Assembly (NCBI GenBank): GCA_001179505.1
Contig: CDMY01000635.1
Location: 186,001 to 250,000 of the forward strand
Direction of reading: 5' to 3'
Source of the DNA: Vitrella brassicaformis CCMP3155
Lineage: Eukaryota > Protista > Chromerida
Length of the DNA stretch: 64,000 nt
In this document: positions 25,713-36,690 of the stretch, piece after piece
How the letters are laid out: every line of letters begins with the position of its first letter
How positions within the stretch are numbered: position 1 is the stretch's first letter
The notes under the pieces: generated by a model
What the model saw: the letters and a program-made list of their open reading frames with translations, nothing else
Told to the model about the DNA's origin: nothing
The model's database searches: none
Position numbers and translations under genes: made by a program

Positions 25713-27535
25713 TCAGAGCCCAACCTTCTGCATCTCCACCTCATGGAGGTGCATCTCCTCGATCTGTCGCACAAACTGGGCGTTGCGCTCCCTCTCCCAG
25801 TCCTCCAAGAAGGCACCCTCCTCCGCCTTGAGCTTCTCGAGACAAACCTTGGTCGTCGGCAGCTGCGCACATATGCTCTCGACTCGGTCGTTGATCTTGC
25901 GCACCCAAAAGCGCAATCTGATGGACGGACGCAGGCAGAAACCAACACAGACAGACAGACAGACCCATTCATTGGGGGGAAGCGAAGGTGTGTCTGTGTG
26001 GTGTGGTGTGGTGGCTGTTGTTACACACCGCGTGAGCAGCTCTGTGTGTGAGTCACTCCTGGTCGGCGAGTGCTGCCCCCGGCCCTCCGTCACCTCCCGC
26101 GCAAGCGACATGACATTCGACATATACGAACCTGATGATAATTAATGAACCACACGCGTCAGTCAGGGCAGGGCGCCCGCCTGTCTGTCTGTCGATCCGA
26201 TAAGTGACTGGGTGACCTGTGATGCGATCGAATATCTCACAGACGGCCCCCAAACTCTTGCACAACTCCTCGATGCCGGTGGTCATGACAGTGAGCTCGT
26301 CACTGAACTCCTCCATGAGGGCCCTCTCCTCCCGGGCAGCCAACGCCCGGTTCTGCATGATCCGATAGGTGGGGTATGTCGTCAGCACGCCCGTCGACCC
26401 AAAGGCAACTCCACCCAGGCCGAACGATGCGGCCGCGGCCGCCGCCCCTTCAGCAGCGCCACAAGTGGCCAGTACACCGGCCACTCCCACCGGCACGGCA
26501 CACGCAAGGACCCCAGCTGACACGCCAGCGACCGCCAGAAGAGTGTTGGACACTCGTCGACTGCTCCGGTACTGCTCCTCTCGCGTGGATGCCTCCAGCC
26601 GCTGGGAGACCCTCAGCCGCTCCATCTCGCCGTCCCGAAGCTCGCGGAGGGCACAGTGAAGGGCATCCAAGTCCCTGCGGCACTCACGAGCTGAGGAGGG
26701 AGCAGTGAGGCAAGCAAGGAAGGAAGGAAGGAACGGCCTGCAAGTCTGTGTGGTGTGGCACGCGTGGCTGTCGTGTGTGGTCGTCTTGTCTCTTGCTCTC
26801 ACCTTCGCTCTGGTTCTCCTTGAGCTCTTCCCTCGTGGCGAGAGAGAAAAACGGCCGATCGCCGCCCTCGAGAAGCCTGTCGATGTCCCCCTCAACTTGC
26901 ACGGTGAAGCGCTCCAAGCTGAAGGCAGGCAGGCAAACAGCACACAACACATGTCGTCTCGCACGATGTGATCGATCCGGTGCACTTCACTCACTTTGCA
27001 GTCAGTGCATGCCTTTTTTTTCTTCGGCTTACATACTTGTATATAGTGATCTGTAGGCGAGGAAAGACGTGCCGTCTGAATGTGTCTGCGTGGCTGAACC
27101 AGGTGGCACCGATCTTCTTCAAGCTCAGGCACTGCAGGCACCACACCACCGATAGAACAACACAATGAACCCATTCACTCACCGCTCTCTCTGGGTGTAT
27201 TGTCGATCGACCCAGTCTGTCGTCCGTCCGCATGCCTCACCTACCTGTGCTTGGAGCGCGAAGAGGCGCCTCAGACACCGTGACACAACGACCTGACAGA
27301 CAGACAGACAGACAGACAGTGATGCCATGAAGAACATACATAGAAGGGCAGTGTGACGAGATCATCCATCTGGTGTGTCCGGTCTGATCGGTGTTTGGCA
27401 TACCATGTGTGTGGACACAGCGAGGAGATGCACGGCCAGCGGGATGTCCACCTGTTCCTGCCCCTCCTGCCGCTCCTTCAGCGACAAGTCGTCACTCAGC
27501 CTCGCGAGGGCGGTGGTCATATCTTGCCCAGCCAT
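25713..27535 (-). CDS. Unknown helical/coiled-coil protein with central Gly/Ala-rich hydrophobic hairpin
   Basis: Spliced exons from MAGQDMTTALARL; ...RRVSNTLLAVAGVSAGVLACAVPVGVAGVLATCGAAEGAAAAAASFGLGGVAFGSTGVLTTYPTYR... flanked by charged heptad-like helices. Confidence 0.6.
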
Positions 27536-27602
27536 CGTGTCCAATCGACAAACGAGAACGAGGAAAGTTTCCCTTTTCTTTTCCTTCTTTCCCTCTTCCT
27601 TC

Positions 27603-27649
27603 TTTCGGCTGCGAGCTTGGCCTCCAGAGAACCCTAGACCCCAAACCCT
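27603..27649. promoter_or_regulatory. Divergent-promoter module: TGCGAGCTTGGCC plus two AACCCT telo-box-like repeats
   Basis: tttcggctgcgagcttggcctccagagaaccctagaccccaaaccct, near-duplicate of 35576-35621. Confidence 0.6.
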
Positions 27650-27705
27650 GCAGACCGACCAAAGGCGGGATGCGATGAGATGAGATGAGATCTGTTGGTG
27701 AGTGC

Positions 27706-29443
27706 ATGAATGCAGCGAGAGATCTCATCGGCGGACGCATCAACAATGTCCTTCGGCGAACTCAAGCAGCGGCATCATCGTCCCTGCACTGCCCCTCACT
27801 GTCAGCCATCACCGGCACTCGTGCACTCACGACGCTGACTCCCAAGGCCGCCCTGCACGGCACTGAGCCGGATGACTCATCATCATCATCCCAGCAGTCT
27901 GCGGCCTCTCCCTTCCCGGCCACCCTCAAGGACGGCGAGTATCCGGTTCTCCCCGCCCCGCCCATCCCGCCACACATCCCCCGGCCATACTTCGCTCTCA
28001 CCCACGACGGCAAGCCGCAGACGCCCTTCCCCCCATTCGACCCCAACGGCGAGGTCAAGACAGCCAGGCAGATCGACGGCATGAAGAAGGCGGCTCGTCT
28101 GGCCGCCAGGGCTTTGCGGGTGGCTCTGGAGGAGAGCAGGATGGGCGTGACGACCGACGAGGTCGACCGGAGGGTGCATGAGTTTCTGGTTCAGAACGGG
28201 GCGTATCCGTCCGGTGTGGGCTTCCACGGCTTCCCGCGGGCGTGTTGCGTGAGTCCGAACGAGGTTGCGGCGCATGGGATCCCCAACCTGCGGCCGCTGC
28301 AGGAGGGGGACATCGTCAACTATGACATCACCTGCTACCTCGAGGGATTCTACGGTCAGTCAGTCAGTCAGTCAGTCAGTATCTCAATTAGAAGGGAGGG
28401 AGGGAGGGAGGAGGGGAGCTGATTGATTGATTAATTGATTGACTGACAAGTCAAGTGTGTGGTTGATCTGATCTGTCTGTGCCATCCATCCATATCATGT
28501 ATCTATCTGTCAGGTGACACATCTGCCATGGCGCTGGTCGGCAATGTGAGCGGGAGGCATCGAGAGCTCTCAGACACAACCAAGGTGAGTGAGTGGCCAA
28601 GCAGCACGACAGACACGGGACAGACCGAACACATGGAGCACCTTTCCCTGATCATCGTGTGGATTGGATGCGGTGCGGTTCGCAGGAGTGTCTGGAGCGT
28701 GCCATATCGATGCTGAAGCCGGGGGTGCCGCTGCGGGCCATCGGCGAAGCTATCAAATCCCATGCTGAGGCGAAAGGCTTCTCTGTCAATGCCGACTTCC
28801 ATGGTAGGGTAGGCAGTGCACTGCACACGACCTGACACACAGAAAACGGAGCACTTTTGCCATTAATACGCCTCTAGAGCTGCGTGTGTGTGTCTGCTGG
28901 CTGTGTTTCATATATAGGCCACTTCATTGGTGAGGAGATGCACTTGCCGCCCGTCGTCTCGCCCCTACGTAACCAACCGGCACACATGACCTGCACACGG
29001 GGCCGCTGCCCGCTATTCTTTTGTATGGACGCCTGCACTCGTGCGTGCGTGTGTGTGTGTGTGTGGTTAGCTCCATCACGAGGCGGCGATATCCCTCTGC
29101 GCAAAGGCCAGATATTCACTATCGGTAGAGACCAGACGACGGACGATGAATGGATGGATGAGTGTGTCGACGTGTGTGTGTGTGTGATGCATGTCTGTCT
29201 GTCTGTCTGTGTGCTGTCGTCAGAGCCGATATTGACGGAGGGTTCGCCTTACCTGCGCACCTGGTCTGACGGCTGGACGTGCGTCACACGAGACAACGGC
29301 TTCACCGCACAGTGGGTACGTGTGCGGGGGGCGGGCAGACAGGCAGGCAGGCGATCGCGTGTGTGTTTGTTGGATGGTCCTGGCAGGAGCACACGGTGCT
29401 GATCACTGCTGACGGAGCGGAGATTCTGACTGTGGTGGACTGA
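27706..29443 (+). CDS. METAP1D: Methionine aminopeptidase type 1, organellar (MetAP1D-like)
   Basis: GAYPS...GFPRACCVSPNEVAAHGIP, GDIVNYDIT, GDTS, GHFIG...H, FTIEP, DGWT...AQWEHTVLIT. All five metal ligands (D, D, H, E, E) are present; Arg/Ser/Ala-rich presequence. Confidence 0.93.
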
Positions 29444-30617
29444 CTGACTGACCAAGTTAAGTGAAGTGGGTGTAGTTGTGTGTGTGTATGTCTGCTGCTG
29501 ATTGTACTGACTGACTGTGCATATGGATATGATGACTGACTGGTTCGATGCATGTACCTGGCCATGATTGAATGGTTCATTCAGCCTTCCGAGACAGACC
29601 TGTCCGGCAATCACACTCTCACTCACAGGCAGCCTTAGTTAGCCACTTATCAGCCAGGTAGTAGACCCGTCAGCCGATCAAAACACCCCCGTCCATCCAT
29701 CCATCTGGTCGGTCACACACGAACGAACGAACATGCAGCCGGGCAATCAGCTAGTCAGTCAGTCATGCACACAAATACTTGCCCCTCGTCCGTCCGTCCG
29801 TCCGTCCGTCCGGCAGGTTTGTTGGTTGGTTACTGTACACACACACGTCGTCGTGACCGACCGGCTTGTCCATCGTCTAGTCATCCTGCCTGTCTTCCCT
29901 GTCTTCCCTGTCTGTCTGTCTGTCTCTGATTGTCGCCGATACGGCAAAGTGAATGCATTCGTTCTCTCTTGTGGTGCTCCTTCTGTTGCTCCAGTCAGTC
30001 GAAAAACAAAAAATCCGAGTGAGTCGATGGGGGTGGGTGGCGCGAGAGACCTGCCCGCCCCTTACTCATTCCTGACTGAATTGGCGCCCGTCCATGGCCA
30101 CCCACCCATGCGCATGACAGTCCGTCGGTCAGTCAGTCGGCTGCCAAGAAAGAGTTGTGCTGCGGATGCCGGCCGGCCGGCTGCCTTAGTCAAAACACCA
30201 TCCATCCCACCACACCCCCACGCCACGCAAAGACACGGAAGCACAAGAGGGTACGTAAAGTACTGATTGGATGTGATCGGAGTCCGACGTGTTTAGTCAG
30301 CCATAGTAGTCAATATCACCATCCATCATGCCATGCCATGCAGCGGTCCGTCCAACACGAGACTCAATCACACATGGCAGGCAGGCAGGCACTCCACTCC
30401 CGCACAGGCAGGCAGGCAGGCAGTCACAAATGCGAGCAGCAAAGCCAGCCACACACACTCACTCACCCGAGCCGAAAAAACAACACAGCCACGTGTGACG
30501 TGTGGCCCTGCCCTGCCCTCCCCTGCCCGCCAGCCGCACTCATCCGCCCATCCATCCATCTATCCATCCACCTGGCATCCCATCCGCCAACACGATGCAC
30601 AGGCGGCTGAACATTCA

Positions 30618-30650
<33 letters not shown>

Positions 30651-30726
30651 GGAGAAGAGGCCACACTAATGTCATGCCAACTCTTTCCCTCTCCTTCCCA
30701 GCACCGAATGCTCACCTCGCTTCGTT

Positions 30727-33500
30727 CTATCGGTTGTGGTTGTTGAGGTGGTGCTGCGGGTAGATCTGCGCCATCAGCAGCCGCTGCATCGCACTCTCAG
30801 CAATGCCCCCACCGAGTGCCGGTGCAGTCGCCGCACCGGCAGGCCACTGCCCCCAGCCGGCCTGCGGGTACTGCCCGAGTTGGTAGGGGTAGCCATTGGG
30901 CAGCTGGGCGTGTTGCGGTGATGCGATCTGAGTGGCACGGGTGGCGGGGCGGGGGTTGGGGATGCCGGCGCGGGGCATGATGGGGGCGTATCCACGGGGG
31001 GTGGTGCCAGTGTGGTTGTGGTTGGTGGCCGCCTGTGCAGCACTGGGGGACTGGCCGTTCTGCAACCCGATGCTGTTGTTGGTCGACTGGCCGTTGACGA
31101 GCTGCTTGCGGTCGACGTACGGATAGCGATGTGGGTGCGTGGCGAATACGTCACGGCCAAACAAACTCGCCGGCACATCTGAAGCCAACACACAACACAC
31201 ACCACACAGCACAGAAAACATATATGGATCCATCCGAGAAATGACGGGGTCCCTCCCCTCTGGCTGGTGTGTGTGCATCGTATCGTATCTACCATTCGGG
31301 TATCCGCTGCGAGCGCGAGCAAAATCAGCAGCAGGCCCTCCCACGCCACGGGTCTTGGACGCCTCCTCCCGACGTGAGGCCGCCGCCGCAGGACCGTCCC
31401 TCTCATGCGTCTTAGACGCATCATCACCCAACACCATGGACGAGTCCTCACTCCCCAGAACAGGCGGTGTGCCCATCGCAACACCACTGCCGCCGCCCCT
31501 ACTGGGGCGAGCCAAACCCTTGCCGCTCAGATCGCCCTTGGCCTGCTGCTGCAGCCATGGCCACTGGTCCAGGGCGGACGATGCTGCTGCCGCTGCTGCC
31601 GCTGCTGCCGCTGCTGCCGCTGATGCCGACGTGGGGATGGTGCTGGTGGCGATCTGCGGCTTGTTGCCACCGTTGCTGGGGGGCAGCTGCAGAGGAGGGA
31701 AGAATGGGCGGTACGCGGGGGAAACAGACGACGACGAAGCCGCGGCAGGGCTGGCCGACACACCGTTGGCGTTGGCGTGGACCGTCGACGGCTGCTTGCT
31801 CGACGAGGCCTTGTATGAGGGCGCCACTGCAAACACCACACCACACCACACACGGCACAGCACAGCACACATAAATGGATGGATGAGTGGATGTGGGATG
31901 TGTGTGTGTGTGTGTGCCGGTTTTCCCCGCCTTGGTTACTCGTGCGAGGCTGCGGCTGCACGAACGCCGGCTGCCCGAAGGACGCATACGCGTAGGGCGA
32001 CGAGAGCAATGGCTGATAAGCCGAGGCCGACACACCGACACCAAGGCCGGTACCGAAGCCGCCGAAGCTGCCGCCCGCGACCTGGCCGAGGCCGTACTGG
32101 TGGTAGTGGGAGAAGGGCAGGGGAGGCCGGCCGCTGTCAGCCCCGGCCCCACTCTTGGCGGCCTGTCTGGTGCGGTCGCTAATGTTTGTGGCGTTGCTGC
32201 TGTTGGTGTCCAGAGAGCGTGATGGCGGCAGAACGGGCAGGTTGGCCCAGGGGGGAGGCTTGCCGAGTGCTGGTGCTGCGGGAGCCGCTGCCTCGCTCTC
32301 CCTGTTGCTGCCCGCCTCGCCCGTGTCGATGCTCTTGCACTCCTTGCGCACCATCTCCTTCACCAAACGAACGCGGCGAGCCAGACTCTCCCTCTCACGG
32401 CTCGCAGCGGCCGTCTCCCCCGCGGCCTTGCCCGGCGCCATCTCCACATCGCCGTCCACATCAACATCAACAGCAGCAGCCTTGCGGCGCCTCTTGGCGC
32501 GTCCCCCATTGTTGGCACTGTCGCCGCTGCTGTCGTTCTTGCTGGCGGACTCGTCTGTCTCGAACGACGGGGGCGAGGGCGAGCGCCTGCTGACCTGCCG
32601 CTTGCGCCTGGACCTGCGGCGGCCGCCTGCCTGCCCGAAAGTGCCGCTGGTGTCCTCCGAGTCCTCCTCCTCCTGCTGGGAGGGGGAGGGAGTGTCGTGG
32701 CCGGGGGGCGGGGGCGGACGGGGGGGGAGCACCATCGACGGCACCCCGTCGCGCGAGTAGTAGGCCATGTAGGCCTGCAGACAGCACAGCCAGCCATGGG
32801 ATTGAAACACAGAGACCAGGTAGGGTGGGAGGATGTTGTGTGTGTGAGTGTGTGTGTAGGTGGGGTGGGTGGGGGTGGGGTGTGGTGTGATTGGGTGCAC
32901 GGCCTTGCCCACCTGCTGGGAGAGGACAAACTCGTCGGTGTATTCGGCCACGGGGCAGGAGTCGTCATACAAACACCACCGGGGCCGTTCAGCTGAACCT
33001 GTGGGGGCTGGCCAAGCCACACAACAGACAGACAGACACATGGACGGACAGGTATGATATGCATGTGATGTGCAGAGAGAGGGGGAGGTGGATTGGATGA
33101 TGCGATGCACCCACCCACCCCACCCCCCATCAGTGACGTGACATGACCTACCTTTCTTCTCGGAGTCGTCATCGTCCTGCGCGAGGGCGTACACGGCGTA
33201 GTGACCCTCAACAGCACTCGAACCCTTGTGCACCACAACGGCTGACAACCACAGACACAGACAGAGGGAGAGATGGCATGGCTGCCCCCCCCACTCAGCT
33301 CACTCACTCACCAGTGAGTTTGTGTGTGCCCCGTTTGCCGTCCCCCGCGTCGACATGCATGGCCGACGACGATGCGGCCGCCGAGCCGTTGTTGGCGGCG
33401 TAGGCGTCGAGGTCCAACTCCAACGACAGCTCCACGTGGGTCTGCACCTGCAGAGACACAGACAGAAACAAACAGGCCAATGGAGGGGTGTGGGTTGTCC

Positions 33501-33535
<35 letters not shown>

Positions 33536-35502
33536 TGTGTGTGGTGCCCCCGTGCCCCCGTACCTTGTCATTGTTGTCCAGGAAGCGTTTGACCTGCAGG
33601 ATGGCCACTTCTGGGACCACAGACATACTGGTGGCCTTGGAGGCGTCACGCTTGCGCCCACAGGCCTCACACTGGTACCTGACACACACACAAAGACACA
33701 GAGAGATACACACACACACGACACGTGCTGTGTGTGTGGATTGGATTGGGTGGGTGAGGTGCCTCCTTACTGGTTGTCGCCCTGCAGTGACTCCTGCGCG
33801 AAGTGCGATCTCATGCACTCGTCAACGCTAGCAGACTGCCAAAGGACACACACAGAGAGAGAGCAGAGAGATGCAACAAACACATCAACCACGTCTCGCC
33901 TGCCTCCCTCCCTCCCTCCCTCTGTGTCAGTCTGATGGGTGCGTGAGTGTGTACCTCACCTCGTCCGTCATGCCGTTGCCAGGTATGGGGATGGACATGA
34001 TCCAATGGGGCTCATCTCGCGTGCTGACCTTGCCGCAACACTTGCACGTCACCACCGTACGTTGCACACCTGACGCAACCAACAATAGTGAGTGACACAC
34101 ACACCACCCTGACTGACCACTTGTGGGTGTGTGCTGTCGTGTGGTGTGGTGTGGTGTGGGTGAATGGAGCGGTGCTGCGGCCCCACCTCTGAAGAGTTTG
34201 GAGACGGGCGTCTCGGTGGTGTGGTCGGCTCCCGCCTGCTCGAGGGTGATGTCGGTGGCCCCACTGTCCGACAACATGTCCGCCAGGATCTCGCGGTGGA
34301 GGGTGTCCAGAAAGAAGGTCGTCGCCTCTGCAACGTCCTCCTGCTTGCCAACACCTGCACACACACAGAGACAGAGAGGGAGACATGTGTGTTGGGCCGG
34401 GGGGCGGAGGGAGGGAGGGAGGGAGGGAGTGTTTGTGTGGTGTGGTGACTGACCGAAGTTGGGGCACGTCCGCATGAGGGTGTAGAAGAAGGTGCTGGGT
34501 GTGATCTTGAGATTCAGACAGTCGGCCTTGTCCAGCAGCACCTCGCTGCGCTCGGCCGCCCGCTGCTTCGAAACTCTCTCCTTCTCGCCAACCGTCCACA
34601 TGGCGCTGATCCATCCATCCACCACACACCAGACAACACACATAGAGAGAGGGACAGATGAGCGAGGTCTTGTCTGTGGTCTGCTTGTGCGTGCGTGTGG
34701 TGCTTCCTTCGGTCTTACCTTGTGACGAGCACCGTCTCCCAAAGTAGTGACGAACTCGGTGCCTTGTGGTCGGCTCTCGTGGCGCGGCCTCCCCTTCCCA
34801 AACGACCTAGGTTCTCGGTGCCCTTGTCTGCACACACAAGAATCGACCAGGAAGAGCCGTGAGCGGTGGTGGACTTCTCCCACCTGCAGCTGTCTGTCTG
34901 TCTGTCTGTCTGTGTGTCTGCGTCAGTTGGTATCAGTCAAACGTACCGCTCAGCTTCGGAGCGTAAGCCTCGAACCGGCGAACCAGTGACTTCTTCCGGA
35001 GGGTATACGACGAGCCACCTGACCGACAGCCAGAGAAGAAGGAGTCCAACCAACGAACGATGCAGTCAGTCAGTGTGTGCGTCGTCTGTCGCCCTGTGCT
35101 GTGCTGTGCTGCGTTCTTGGGTGGCTCGGCTTCTTACTCTTGAGTAAGAAAAGGACTAGGGGGCGCACACGGAGCACGTTCTGGAGCAAGGACGACATAT
35201 AGCAGGACTGCTTCATGATGTTGAAGAACACCACATGTCGCGGCCACTGCAGCCCACGCATACAGCCACAACAGCACCATATAGCAGTGCACAATGCCCC
35301 GAGAGACGAGGAATGCCCTCAGGTCGCTCACCCTTTGCAGCCACTGCTCGTCATACGGCACCGGGCTGGCGAACTGTGGGCTGTTGGATACTACTGCGAG
35401 GGTGGACGCCCTGCCCTTGGCTGCGGTGGGCGAAGGGGGACGGGGAGAGGGTGACCGAGCAGCTGATCGAGAGCGGCCTTTCCGGCCTTTCGTTGAAGGC
35501 AT
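30727..35502 (-). CDS. Ubiquitin-specific protease (peptidase C19) with long disordered C-terminus
   Basis: Cys box NIMKQSCYMSSLLQ, QEDVAEATTFFLDTLH, SKLFRG, CKCC and CEAC zinc-ribbon pairs, ILQVKRF, His box VVVHKGSSAVEGHY, WCLYDDS, AYMAYY. Confidence 0.9.
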
Positions 35503-35575
35503 GGTGGACGGGGCTGCTTCTCAACGCGGTACGGTGGCGTCAACTTCCCTCACGAACGTCATTTCGACTTTCCTG

Positions 35576-35621
35576 TTTCGGTTGCGAGCTTGGCCTGTCT
35601 GAAACCCTACACCCAAACCCT
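35576..35621. promoter_or_regulatory. Divergent-promoter module: TGCGAGCTTGGCC plus AAACCCTA/AAACCCT
   Basis: tttcggttgcgagcttggcctgtctgaaaccctacacccaaaccct, near-duplicate of 27603-27649. Confidence 0.6.
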
Positions 35622-35711
35622 CCTGAATCGGCCAATTTGAAAATCAAAAGCCATCTTTTTACGGTAAAAAGACCGCTGGCCGTAGCTGCCCTGTCTTGAG
35701 CCATAAGTACT

Positions 35712-36654
35712 ATGGCGCCCGATAAAGAGAATGATGGCAAGTTCACGAGTCGATTGGAGAGAAGCAACTCCTACAGCACGCTGTGGTGGGACACGCAGTG
35801 CACGCACAGCCCAGATGAGCTCACACACTCCACACACAGGGCAGGCAGGACCTGGATCTTCGGAGGGAGGGAGAAGCAACACATTGTTTTGCTTTGCTTT
35901 GCATCTCATTGTTGTCCGTGGTGCGTCTGTGTCTGTCGTGTGTGTCACTCAGGGGCAACCGCGCGAATCTTCAGTCGTCTCGCTGTATCCACTACAACGC
36001 CCAGCAGCGGCGGTTCGACCTGCTCTGCCGCACTTGCCAATACAGCTTCCGCGTCGACGAACACGGGTCAAGCACACACAATCACACAATCACACAGCCA
36101 CACACTAACACAACGAACCGCACGTCAGTCACGTCATCTGCCCCTGTGTGGTGTGTGTTGTGTTGTGTTGGTTGGTTTGTCGGCTGGTTGATTGATGCAT
36201 GTGCGATGCAGTTGGCTTGAGCATCAGTACTGGGGTGTGCGTCTGCAGCCCGACGACGACCTGGACTTCCTGCACCACACCAACGTTGCCCAGCCGTTCG
36301 ACCCCATTCCTGAGAAAACGGAGAGATTCAAACCTCACCTCGCCGTCGCGTCAGACATCCTCAAGGTAGCTTGCTGCACAGGCAGGCAGACACGAAGGCA
36401 GGCAGGCAGGCAGACAGACAGACGGGGGATGATGGTCTGTCTCGATGTGTGTGGCTGTGATTGATTTGTGTGTGCAGCGTCAGTCGAATGACAGCAACCG
36501 CAACACATGGAAGGCGGCCACTATGATGCAGCGGCACCACTACAACGAGGAGGCCAGGTCAGCCAGCCAGGGGCCCTCAGACAGCTCAGCTCACAAACCG
36601 ATACACTTGACGTGTTCATGTCATGCGTCTACCGTGTGTCTGTGTGTGTCTGTC

Positions 36655-36690
<36 letters not shown>

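Noticed and set aside
35602-35621. AAACCCT repeats as an interstitial telomere array
   Set aside because: Only two dispersed units per site, not a tandem array; treated as a promoter motif instead.
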